Source: Polyangiaceae bacterium (GTDB taxonomy: Bacteria; Myxococcota_A; Polyangia; Polyangiales; Polyangiaceae). From it: a stretch of 32,410 bases of DNA. Location: NCBI GenBank assembly GCA_044222475.1, contig JBGANF010000093.1, positions 1 to 32,410 of the forward strand. The letters are read 5' to 3'. Numbering within the stretch: position 1 is the stretch's first letter; each line of letters starts with the position of its first letter. The translations under genes were made by a program, and so were the position numbers. Under the pieces are notes generated by a model. That model saw nothing but the letters and a program-made list of their open reading frames with translations, was not told where the DNA came from and made no database searches. This document shows, piece by piece, positions 9,466 to 17,310 of this stretch.

Positions 9466-10362
9466 TCAACGGAGGGGGCGCGTGAGCATCGCGCCAGCGA
9501 GCGTCTCGAAGACCGCGCGACGCGGATCGCCGGCGCGGAACACGAGCCGAAAGAAGTCGTGCTGAGGCTTCATCGCCGGGAGGATGGCGCGGAGGTGCCC
9601 GCGCTCGAGATCGCGCTCGACGATGTATTTCGGGAGCACGGCGACGCCCGCGCCTTCGAGCACGCGTACGCGCATCGCCCCGATCGTGCCGAGGTGGACC
9701 GCCTTCTTGAACGAGAAGCGCGCCTTCGGGTGCGTGTCGCGGAGGTAGGCGAAGAGCGGGAGCTCGGGAGACGCGTCGATGAGGACGTGGTGCTCGGCGT
9801 CGGCCATGGTGCGAAACGGCGTGGACGCGAGCAGCGCCTTCGCGCCGCAGAAGACGTAGTCCTCGCGGTGGAGCGCGATCGCGTCGAGCTTCGGATCGGA
9901 GAAGCGCGACGACGTGACGGCGCAGTCGACCTCACCGGTGCGCACGCGGAGCAACAGGTCCGGGCCCGATCCGAAGTAGAGGTGCAACGTGAGCCACGGC
10001 AGATCGTGCGCGAGCCCGTCGAGCTGCGGGAGGACCCAACTCAGCCCGAGCTCGTGGCGCGTGCCGAGCACGAGGTCCATCGGCGGCGCGCCGAGATCGC
10101 CTCGCGCGGCGCGCACGCAGTGCTCGGCCGCCAGCAAGCACGAGCGCGCTTGGGGCAGCAGCGCGAGCGCGGCTTGCGTCGGCACGACGACGCGCGTCGT
10201 GCGCGAGAACAGCTCGACGCCGAACTGCTCTTCGAGCTGCTTGATGCGCGCGCCGAACGCGGCCGGCGTGAGCGCGACGGCGCGCGCCGCCTTTCGAAAA
10301 TTCTGGTGACGCATCGCCTCGACGAAGCAGCGCAGCGAGTCGACCGAGGGGAGCTGCTGCAT
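9466..10362 (-). CDS. LysR-family transcriptional regulator
   Basis: N-terminal HTH LRCFVEAMRHQNFRKAARAVALTPAAFGARIKQLEEQFGVELFSRTTRVVVPT; 298 aa; GAGVAVLP in the substrate domain. Confidence 0.95.
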   Translation of the reverse strand: MQQLPSVDSLRCFVEAMRHQNFRKAARAVALTPAAFGARIKQLEEQFGVELFSRTTRVVVPTQAALALLPQARSCLLAAEHCVRAARGDLGAPPMDLVLGTRHELGLSWVLPQLDGLAHDLPWLTLHLYFGSGPDLLLRVRTGEVDCAVTSSRFSDPKLDAIALHREDYVFCGAKALLASTPFRTMADAEHHVLIDASPELPLFAYLRDTHPKARFSFKKAVHLGTIGAMRVRVLEGAGVAVLPKYIVERDLERGHLRAILPAMKPQHDFFRLVFRAGDPRRAVFETLAGAMLTRPLR

Positions 10363-10369
10363 CGTTCCG

Positions 10370-11404
10370 TCAGTGCCCGACGCGCCGGAGCGTGGCGAGA
10401 TCGAACTCGGGCCCGAGCTCGCGCGCCATCAGGTCGACGACCGCTTGCTCCGCGCTCTTGTCTTCGTACAGGCAGGCGTAGACCTCGCGGGTGATCGGCA
10501 TGTCGACGTTCAGCTTGTTCGCCAGATCGAATGCGCTCTTCGCGGTCTTCACTCCTTCGGCGACGTGGCCGAGCGTGGCGAGCACGTCGGGGAGCTTCCT
10601 CCCCTTCCCCATCTCGACGCCGACGGTTCGGTTGCGCGAGAGCTCGCCGGTGCACGTCAAGACGAGGTCACCCATTCCGGCGAGCCCGGCGAGGGTGAGC
10701 GGGGAGCCGCCGCGAGCCGCCGAGAGGCGCGCGACCTCGGCGAGGCCGCGGGTGATCAACGCCGCGCGCGTGTTGTACCCGAGACCGAGGCCGTCGATGA
10801 CGCCGGACGCGATCGCGATCACGTTCTTCAACGCGCCGCCGCACTCGACGCCGATGACGTCGTCGCTGCCGTAGGTGCGGAGGTACGGCAGGTGGAATCG
10901 GCGCATGACGACGTCGCGCACGCCGTCGTCGGTTGCCGCGATCACCACCGCGGTCGGGTGCTTCGCCGCGAGCTCTTTGGCGAAGCTGGGTCCCGAGAGG
11001 TACGCGAACTGTGGGTGGAGCTCCTTCGGGAGCACGTCGGCGAGGATCTGGTCGACGAACATGAGCGACTCGTTCTCGATGCCCTTCGTCGCCGACACGA
11101 TCGGCACGCCACGCGGGAGGAGCGACGCGGCGGTCTTCGCGACCTCGCGCGTCGCGTGGCTCGGCGCGACGAAGACGACCATCTCCGCGCCGTCGAGCGC
11201 CGCCTTCATGTCGGTCGTGGCGCGGAGGTTCGGCGGCAGGGTCGCCTTCGGCAGGTAGTGCACGTTCTCGTGCTTCTCGTTGATGTCCCGCACGTCGCGC
11301 TCGTTGCGACCCCAGATGGTGACCTCGCCGCCTTTGTCGGCGAGAGCCTTCGCCAACGCCGTCCCCCAAGCCCCTGCGCCCAACACCGCGACCTTCGTGC
11401 TCAT
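10370..11404 (-). CDS. gpsA: NAD(P)H-dependent glycerol-3-phosphate dehydrogenase
   Basis: VAVLGAGAWGTALA, ATKGIE, LSGPSFAKE, GVECGGALKNVIAIA, GLAGMGDLVLTC, SRNR, AEGVKT; start taken at MSTKV. Confidence 0.97.
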   Translation of the reverse strand: MSTKVAVLGAGAWGTALAKALADKGGEVTIWGRNERDVRDINEKHENVHYLPKATLPPNLRATTDMKAALDGAEMVVFVAPSHATREVAKTAASLLPRGVPIVSATKGIENESLMFVDQILADVLPKELHPQFAYLSGPSFAKELAAKHPTAVVIAATDDGVRDVVMRRFHLPYLRTYGSDDVIGVECGGALKNVIAIASGVIDGLGLGYNTRAALITRGLAEVARLSAARGGSPLTLAGLAGMGDLVLTCTGELSRNRTVGVEMGKGRKLPDVLATLGHVAEGVKTAKSAFDLANKLNVDMPITREVYACLYEDKSAEQAVVDLMARELGPEFDLATLRRVGH

Positions 11405-11485
11405 CGCGCCATGGTACGCAATATCCGGAGCGCGTCGTACGTCCAAAGGGATGATATGACCCGCTTTGGAGCTTCATCACCCGTG

Positions 11486-12547
11486 ATGCGTCGTCCCTCT
11501 CACCTTGCGCTCGCCTTGGTCCTCTCGCTCCCGCTCTTCACCGCCACGGGGTGCGCGTCATGCGGTCAGAGCACGGTGGGCGCGCTGTCGGGCCCGATCA
11601 ACGATCCCGCGAACAAGACGCTGAGGCGACAGATCCTCTCCTACGGCATCGGTCAGTTCTGCACCGAGATGCTGAAGCACGACGCGCCGCTCCAGCTCGC
11701 GCCCGACCAGCCGGTCATCGGGCGCTTCTACCCGCGCACGTGCAACACGAAGGAGATGGAGAACGGCGACCTGTTCGTGTCGTTCTCCGGCGTCGGATAC
11801 GCGTGGACCAACTTGTCGAAGAAGCTCGCCTTCGACATGAACGGAAGCGTCCAATACAACCAGGACTTCTTGATGGACGGCAGCACGATGTATGCGTACT
11901 TCCGCACGCGTCAGGTCCAGTCGAGCGAGTTCAAGACGCGCGTCATCGAGCAGCCGGTCGCGAGCTTCCTCAACCAGCTCACGCCCCTCGGTGACAACTT
12001 CGGCAAGCAGCTCGTCCAGAGCAAGCTCGCAGAGGGGTTCACCGTCATCCGCGACAAGGACGGCAACGCGGACTTCTCGCTCGGCGTCGTCGAGCTCGGG
12101 AAGAAGCCGCAGCACCCGTTCGACGTGCACGGGTCGAGCCGCATCACGTACGAGAACACGCGGGTCGAGGTGCACCAGAACCAACGCGACTTCGTCGGCC
12201 CCATCGTCGTCGAGGACTCGGGGCGGGCGCTGTTCGTCACCGGCACGATGGACGGCTCGCCGCCGATCGACGTCTTGTTCCTCCGCAAGGACGAAGCCGA
12301 GACGTCGATTGGTTACTACACGACGTATGCCCAGATCGGGCCGCTCGGCGGCCAGCCGTTCTATGGGGAGGTCATGCAGACCGGCGTGCCCTACAGCCGC
12401 ACCGTCCCGGTGCCGAAGGGCACGTACTACGTCGTGTTCGACAACTCGTCGTCGGCGGGACAAGTCGCCCCCTTCGTCAACCCGCTCGACGACCGCGCGG
12501 CGGTGGTGAGCTACGTCGTCCAGCTCGGCGACGCCCCCACTCCCTGA
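11486..12547 (+). CDS. Hypothetical lipoprotein (~353 aa, beta-rich)
   Basis: Real gene is the C-terminal half of ORF 10373-12547: MRRPSHLALALVLSLPLFTATG-C-ASCGQ signal peptide II; typical codon usage; C-terminal beta-sandwich-like VPKGTYYVVFDNS. Confidence 0.85.
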   Translation: MRRPSHLALALVLSLPLFTATGCASCGQSTVGALSGPINDPANKTLRRQILSYGIGQFCTEMLKHDAPLQLAPDQPVIGRFYPRTCNTKEMENGDLFVSFSGVGYAWTNLSKKLAFDMNGSVQYNQDFLMDGSTMYAYFRTRQVQSSEFKTRVIEQPVASFLNQLTPLGDNFGKQLVQSKLAEGFTVIRDKDGNADFSLGVVELGKKPQHPFDVHGSSRITYENTRVEVHQNQRDFVGPIVVEDSGRALFVTGTMDGSPPIDVLFLRKDEAETSIGYYTTYAQIGPLGGQPFYGEVMQTGVPYSRTVPVPKGTYYVVFDNSSSAGQVAPFVNPLDDRAAVVSYVVQLGDAPTP

Positions 12548-12594
12548 TGTCGGAGCGACGCAACTTGCGATGCGGGCCGGGGTCCGGTACGTGA

Positions 12595-14211
12595 ATGGCC
12601 AGCGCCTTGTCTGAGACCGACGAAAAGGAAGAAAAGCCCGCGGAGCCGACGAAGGCGGAGCCGAAGGTGGACGACGAGTCTCCTGCCAAGGCGGAAGCGG
12701 AGGCGGAGCCCCCGCGCGCCGAGGAGGGCTCGGAGGCCAAAGCGGAAGCGGACTCCGAAGCGGAAGCGGAAGCGGAAGCGGAAGCGGAAGCGGAAGCGGA
12801 AGCGGAAGCGGAAGCGGAGGCGGAGGCGAAGCCTCCGAAGAAGCCCGAGCGGCCGCGCAAGCCTTCGGGGAAGCGCGTCTCTCTCGAGAAGCCGGAGGCG
12901 ACCCTCGCCACGCGCGCGCTCCGTCTCGCGTTCTGGGTCTTCTGGTTCGCGCTGTTGCCGTTCGTCTTCGCCTGCCTCGTCGTGTGGGGTCTCACTCCAC
13001 CGAGCGGCGTGGAAGCATCGGGCGCGCTCGCCGGGCTGCAGAGCGCGGTCCGCGAGCAGCCGGTGCCGATCGGCATCGGGCTCTTCGCGATCGTCGGCAT
13101 GGCGCTCGGCGCCGTTCGCCGCAAGCTCCCACTCGCGACCTACGCGTACCCGCCGCTTCGGGCCGACATCCCCGAGAAGGTGCGCGGTCTGTTCGAGCGC
13201 GCGAGCCAGCTCCTCGACGAAGCCGACGCGATCCTCGCCGCACACGAGAAGGCGATCCGTCGCGAGCTGACCTCCAAAGAGCGCGACAAGCTGCACCGCG
13301 AGCTCGACGCGCTACGCGACGCGATGCGCACCGTGCCGTTCGTCGAGGAGACGTTCAACGACGCGCTCGTACGCGCCGACGGCGAGGTCGACGTTCGCCT
13401 GAACCCGTGGCGCAAGAGCGAGCTGCGCGAGTACGTCGAGTCGATCCTCGTCGCAGTCGCGGTCGCGTTCCTGCTCCGCACCTTCGTCGTCGAGGCGTTC
13501 AAGATCCCGAGCGGCTCGATGATCCCGACGCTCATGGTCGGCGACCACATCTTCGTGAACAAGTTCAGCTACGGCCCCGCGATTCCCTACACGACGAAGC
13601 GCGTGTGGACGCACATGCCTCCGGAGCGCGGCGACGTGATCGTCTTCGCCTACCCCGAGAAGCCCGAGCAGGATTTCATCAAGCGCGTCATCGCGCTCCC
13701 CGGCGACAAGCTCGAAGCGAAGAACGGCCACCCGGTCCTCAACGGGTGGGACGTCCCGTCGTGCCTCGTCGGGCCGTTCTCCTACGACGAGCCCGACTCG
13801 ATCATCCCGCACCACGAAGGCGACCTGTACGTCGAGTACCTCGCGGACGAGTCGTACCTCACGTTCTACGATCGCATCGGCAGCTACCCCGAGTACCAGG
13901 GCCCCTACTACGTGAAGCCGGGCGAGGTGTACGTGATGGGGGACAACCGCAACAACAGCCACGACTCGCGCGTGTGGTTCGGCGGTCAGGGCGGCGGCGT
14001 ACCGTTCGACAACATGCGTGGCCGCGCGCTCTTCGTCTGGCTGAGCTACTCGAACTCGGGCATCGACTGGTCGCGCGAGGGCAATCCCGTCATGGGACGA
14101 CCGCGCGTCCCGCCGGCGTACAAGAGCCTCGAGCCTGCGCTCGACAAGTGCCTGCGCGACCGTCCGCCGATCGACAAGACGACGCCACCGGCGTCGGCGA
14201 TCGTGAAGTAG
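12595..14211 (+). CDS. lepB: Signal peptidase I with long N-terminal extension
   Basis: EAFKIPSGSMIPTLMVGDHIFVNKF (catalytic Ser), RGDVIVF, DFIKRVIALPGD (catalytic Lys), GDNRNNSHDSR. Confidence 0.95.
   Translation: MASALSETDEKEEKPAEPTKAEPKVDDESPAKAEAEAEPPRAEEGSEAKAEADSEAEAEAEAEAEAEAEAEAEAEAEAKPPKKPERPRKPSGKRVSLEKPEATLATRALRLAFWVFWFALLPFVFACLVVWGLTPPSGVEASGALAGLQSAVREQPVPIGIGLFAIVGMALGAVRRKLPLATYAYPPLRADIPEKVRGLFERASQLLDEADAILAAHEKAIRRELTSKERDKLHRELDALRDAMRTVPFVEETFNDALVRADGEVDVRLNPWRKSELREYVESILVAVAVAFLLRTFVVEAFKIPSGSMIPTLMVGDHIFVNKFSYGPAIPYTTKRVWTHMPPERGDVIVFAYPEKPEQDFIKRVIALPGDKLEAKNGHPVLNGWDVPSCLVGPFSYDEPDSIIPHHEGDLYVEYLADESYLTFYDRIGSYPEYQGPYYVKPGEVYVMGDNRNNSHDSRVWFGGQGGGVPFDNMRGRALFVWLSYSNSGIDWSREGNPVMGRPRVPPAYKSLEPALDKCLRDRPPIDKTTPPASAIVK
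12757..12828 (+). repeat. Hexanucleotide SSR (GAAGCG)10(GAGGCG)2 encoding (Glu-Ala)12
   Basis: Ten perfect gaagcg copies at 12757-12816 followed by two gaggcg. Confidence 0.95.
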
Positions 14212-14235
14212 CCCCTACATCCGCGCGGCGAAAAG

Positions 14236-14357
14236 AAGAGAGACCGCAAGGACGAGGAGAGCACAAGGACGCAAAGCAAGAAGAGGGTTTGCGCCGGGAG
14301 ACCAGCACTCTCTCGTCCTTGTGTCCTAGCGTTCTCCTCGTCCTTGCGGTCCTCTTT
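14236..14357. repeat. Intergenic nested palindrome (REP/REPIN-like; likely bidirectional terminator)
   Basis: Perfect 19-bp inverted repeat gaccgcaaggacgaggaga (14242-14260) / 14333-14351, plus inner 10-bp inverted repeat cacaaggacg (14262-14271) / 14314-14323. Confidence 0.85.
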
Positions 14358-14379
14358 GGGGACGCGCGCGTGACGGAGT

Positions 14380-14595
14380 TCAGTTCCGCTTCGTCACTTG
14401 CTTCACGCCGCTCTCGCCTTCGCCGTCTTCCCAATCGAGGGGAAGCAGCGGAGCCGCAGGGACGTGCTCGTCGTCCAGCTCGGGGCGATCGAGGTTCTCG
14501 AGGTCGACGTAGTCACCTCCACGCGGCGGGCGCGGCGGGGCGCTGGGCGCCGTCGGCCTCGGTGGGGTCGGTGTGGGATAACGAAGGGGAATCAT
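14380..14595 (-). CDS. Putative small Pro-rich/acidic protein (71 aa)
   Basis: MIPLRYPTPTPPRP...GGDYVDLENLDRPELDDEHVPAAPLLPLDWEDGEG; fills the intergenic gap; stop abuts the palindrome; preceded by an ECF-like promoter. Confidence 0.55.
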   Translation of the reverse strand: MIPLRYPTPTPPRPTAPSAPPRPPRGGDYVDLENLDRPELDDEHVPAAPLLPLDWEDGEGESGVKQVTKRN

Positions 14596-14611
14596 GGCCG
14601 TCACCAAGAAA

Positions 14612-14637
14612 GACGAACGATGGGGGTGGAATGTTCC
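14612..14637 (-). promoter_or_regulatory. Candidate ECF-sigma promoter GGAAC-N17-CGTC
   Basis: Minus strand reads ggaac attccacccccatcgtt cgtc, ending 16 nt before the ATG at 14595. Confidence 0.45.
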
Positions 14638-14703
14638 AAGCTGCTCGTCGATTCCGATGGCCGAACCGCGCGGAATCCGTCAGGTAGGTGACGGTCCTAC
14701 CGT

Positions 14704-16122
14704 ATGGAGAGGATGAGCGCCGCGCAGGAAGCCCGCACGATTGCCCGCCTCGCCGCGCCCATAGCGCTGGCGCAGCTGGGGCTCGTGGCGATGAGCCTCG
14801 TCGATACGGCGATCCTGGGCCGCGCTGGGGCCGTGGAGCTCGCCGGCGGCGCGATCGGGCGCAACATCGGGTTCGCCGCTGCGACGATTCAGATCGGCAT
14901 CGCGCTCGCCGTGGAGCCGCTGGCGTCGCAGGCCATCGGCGCCGGAAAGCACCGACGCGCATGGAACGCGCTGGTCGCCACCCTTCGCACCCTCGCCATG
15001 CTGTGGGTGCCCACCGCCCTCGTCGCGTTTGCGCTGACGCTCGTCCTCGAGCCGCTCGGCACCGAGCACGACGTCGCGACCAAAGCTCGCCTGTTCCTCC
15101 TCGGCCAAGCGCCAGGCCTGCTGTTCCACGGGTTCTTTCTCGCCTCCAAGTCCTACGTTCAGGCGCACGGGCGGAGCTTTCCGATCGTCGTCGCGTCGGC
15201 GGTGGCGAACGTCGTCAACCTCGTCGTGTGCAACGTGCTCGTTCGCGGTGACGACGCGCTCGCGATCGTGCACCTCCCCGCGCTCGGTCTGCCGAAGCTC
15301 GGCGCGTTGGGCGCCGGCATGGCGGCGAGCATCGGTGGGCTCGTGATCGTGTCGATCGTGCTCGGCAGCGCGAGGCTCCTCCGCGAGCGCGCCAGCTCGG
15401 GTGATCGCGAGGGCGACGTCGTGACCAAGACCGAAGTGCTCCGGATGGGTCTGCCGGTCGCGCTCCACATGGCCGCGGAGATCGGCGTGTTCGCCGGCGT
15501 GTCGGTGCTGACCGGCGCGTTCGGCACGTCGGTCGTCGCCGCGCACCAAATCGCGCTCGGCCTCGCGAGCTTCACCTTCATGGGGGCGCTCGGCGTCAGC
15601 GGAGCGACGGCTTCGCGCGTCGGTCGCGCCGTCGGTGCGGGCGAAGACGCGCGCACTCCCGGTCTCGTGGGCATCGCGCTCGGGATGCTCGTGATGTCGC
15701 TCGGCGCGTTCGCGTTCGTGTGCTGGCCGAAGAACCTCGTCGGGCTCTTCACCAAGGACGCCGAGGTCGCTCGAGTCGGTGTGCAGCTCCTCGCGCTCGC
15801 CGCCATCTTTCAGCTCTTCGACGGCGTCCAAGCGGTCGCGTCCGGCGCGCTGCGCGGCATGGGCGACGTGCGCTTCAGCTTCATCGCCGGCGCGTGCAGC
15901 TACTGGCTGATCGGGTTCCCGATCGCGATCGCGCTCGGCTTCGGTCTCCACATGGGGGTCGTCGGTCTCTGGGTCGGGCTGACCGCGGGGCTCGTCGCGG
16001 CGGCGGTCGCGCTCGCGGCGCGCTTCCTTGCGGTGTCGGCGCGACGACGCCGCTTGCAGGAATCCGTGGAGCGCTCCACATTGGTCGAGCCATGCGCCCC
16101 TTCGCCTTCGCCGTCCTCCTGA
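14704..16122 (+). CDS. MATE family efflux transporter (NorM-like)
   Basis: LAAPIALAQLG...VDTAILGR, SQAIGA, LGALGAGMA, VAAHQIA, RVGRAVGAG, FQLFDGVQAVASGALRGMGD; ~12 TM; start may be 14713. Confidence 0.95.
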   Translation: MERMSAAQEARTIARLAAPIALAQLGLVAMSLVDTAILGRAGAVELAGGAIGRNIGFAAATIQIGIALAVEPLASQAIGAGKHRRAWNALVATLRTLAMLWVPTALVAFALTLVLEPLGTEHDVATKARLFLLGQAPGLLFHGFFLASKSYVQAHGRSFPIVVASAVANVVNLVVCNVLVRGDDALAIVHLPALGLPKLGALGAGMAASIGGLVIVSIVLGSARLLRERASSGDREGDVVTKTEVLRMGLPVALHMAAEIGVFAGVSVLTGAFGTSVVAAHQIALGLASFTFMGALGVSGATASRVGRAVGAGEDARTPGLVGIALGMLVMSLGAFAFVCWPKNLVGLFTKDAEVARVGVQLLALAAIFQLFDGVQAVASGALRGMGDVRFSFIAGACSYWLIGFPIAIALGFGLHMGVVGLWVGLTAGLVAAAVALAARFLAVSARRRRLQESVERSTLVEPCAPSPSPSS

Positions 16123-16307
16123 TCGCGACCACCGGAGCCGTCGCGGCGTGCGGCGCGGTCGAGCGCGCGGCAGCGAACGATCCGGTGAAGTGCGAGCGCG
16201 ATCCGAGCTGCGCTTCGAAGCAGGGCAAATCTCGCGACTGCGCGACCGCCTGCTCCGACAACATCGAGTGCATGGAGCGCTGCCAGCAGATCAACGGGCG
16301 GAAATAA
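16092..16307 (+). CDS. Small Cys-rich lipoprotein (71 aa)
   Basis: MRPFAFAVLLIATTGAVAA-C-GAVE...CERDPSC...CATAC...CMERCQQINGRK; lipobox VAAC plus 6 further Cys; overlaps the MATE 3' end by 31 nt. Confidence 0.8.
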   Translation: MRPFAFAVLLIATTGAVAACGAVERAAANDPVKCERDPSCASKQGKSRDCATACSDNIECMERCQQINGRK

Positions 16308-16349
16308 CCAACTTTTCCCTGGGCGCCGTTTCTGCGTATCCTGAGGATC

Positions 16350-17306
16350 ATGCGGCCTCGAGTTCTCGTCCCGGCGCTCCTCGCGCTCAGCATCACCGCG
16401 GCGCCGTTTTCGGCGTTCGCCGCCGACCCGCCGAAGCCGACGAAGCAGCAGATGGAAGACGCGATGCCGCACTTCTCGAAGGGCGTCGAGCTCTACGACG
16501 AGAACGACTTCGCTGGCGCCCTGGTCGAGTTCAAGCGCGCCTACGAGATCTCGAAGGACTGGCACATCCTGTTCAACGTCGCGCAGGCCGCGTTTCAGAC
16601 GCAGAACTACGCCCTCGCGTTGAACACGTTCCAGCAGTACCTGACCGAAGGCGGCGCAGGCATCGCGAAGGACCGAAAGAAGTTCTGCGACGGCGAGATC
16701 GAGAAGCTCAAGGGGCGCGTCGCCAAGCTCGAGATCGTGGCCAACGTCTCCGGCGCCGACGTCCTCGTCGACGACGAAAAGGTCGGTGTCACGCCGCTCG
16801 CCGAGCCGCTCGTCGTGAGCCAGGGCAAGCGGAAGATCACCCTCACCCTCGCGGGCCGCATCCCCGAGACGCGGACGATCGAGCTCGCCGGTCGCGACTC
16901 GCAGCGCCTCGAGTTCCAGCTCAAGGAAGAAGACAAGGCTCCGCCTCCGCCTCCGCCTCCCGTCGTCACCCACAAGAAGATCCCGTGGGCGCTCTGGGGC
17001 GTGACCGGCGGCATCGCGGTGGGTGCGGTCGTCACCGGCGTGGTCGCGCTCGTGTTCTCCTCCGACGCGAAGACCAAGCTCGACACCTACGGCTCGACGA
17101 AAGCCGAGATCGACGCGGCGCAGACGCGCGCGCTCGCGATGGGCATCACGACCGACATCCTCATCGGGTGCACCGCGATCGCGGCCGGCGTGTCGCTCGT
17201 GCTGACGCTCACCGCGAAATCGGAGCCCGTGCCGCAGCCCGCCGCCGGGCCGACCGCGCGCCTCTCGTTCGGCCCGGGCAGCGTCTTCCTCGGCGGAACG
17301 TTCTAG
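16350..17306 (+). CDS. TPR + PEGA domain protein with C-terminal hydrophobic hairpin
   Basis: Signal peptide AFA|A; TPR-like FSKGVELYDENDFAGALVEFKRAYE..LFNVAQ; PEGA NVSGADVLVDDEKVGVTPL; Pro linker; two hydrophobic helices; ends GSVFLGGTF. Confidence 0.9.
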   Translation: MRPRVLVPALLALSITAAPFSAFAADPPKPTKQQMEDAMPHFSKGVELYDENDFAGALVEFKRAYEISKDWHILFNVAQAAFQTQNYALALNTFQQYLTEGGAGIAKDRKKFCDGEIEKLKGRVAKLEIVANVSGADVLVDDEKVGVTPLAEPLVVSQGKRKITLTLAGRIPETRTIELAGRDSQRLEFQLKEEDKAPPPPPPPVVTHKKIPWALWGVTGGIAVGAVVTGVVALVFSSDAKTKLDTYGSTKAEIDAAQTRALAMGITTDILIGCTAIAAGVSLVLTLTAKSEPVPQPAAGPTARLSFGPGSVFLGGTF

Positions 17307-17310
17307 CGCC

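Noticed and set aside
10373..11485. N-terminal extensions in the ORF track (10373-12547, 20029-22614, 22727-24292, 24672-26936, 24777-26102, 15720-16307)
   Set aside because: Extensions overlap other well-supported genes; starts were reassigned at signal peptides or family N-termini
12511..13296. ORFs with (RF)n or (AS)n runs
   Set aside because: Antisense readings of the GAAGCG microsatellite in lepB
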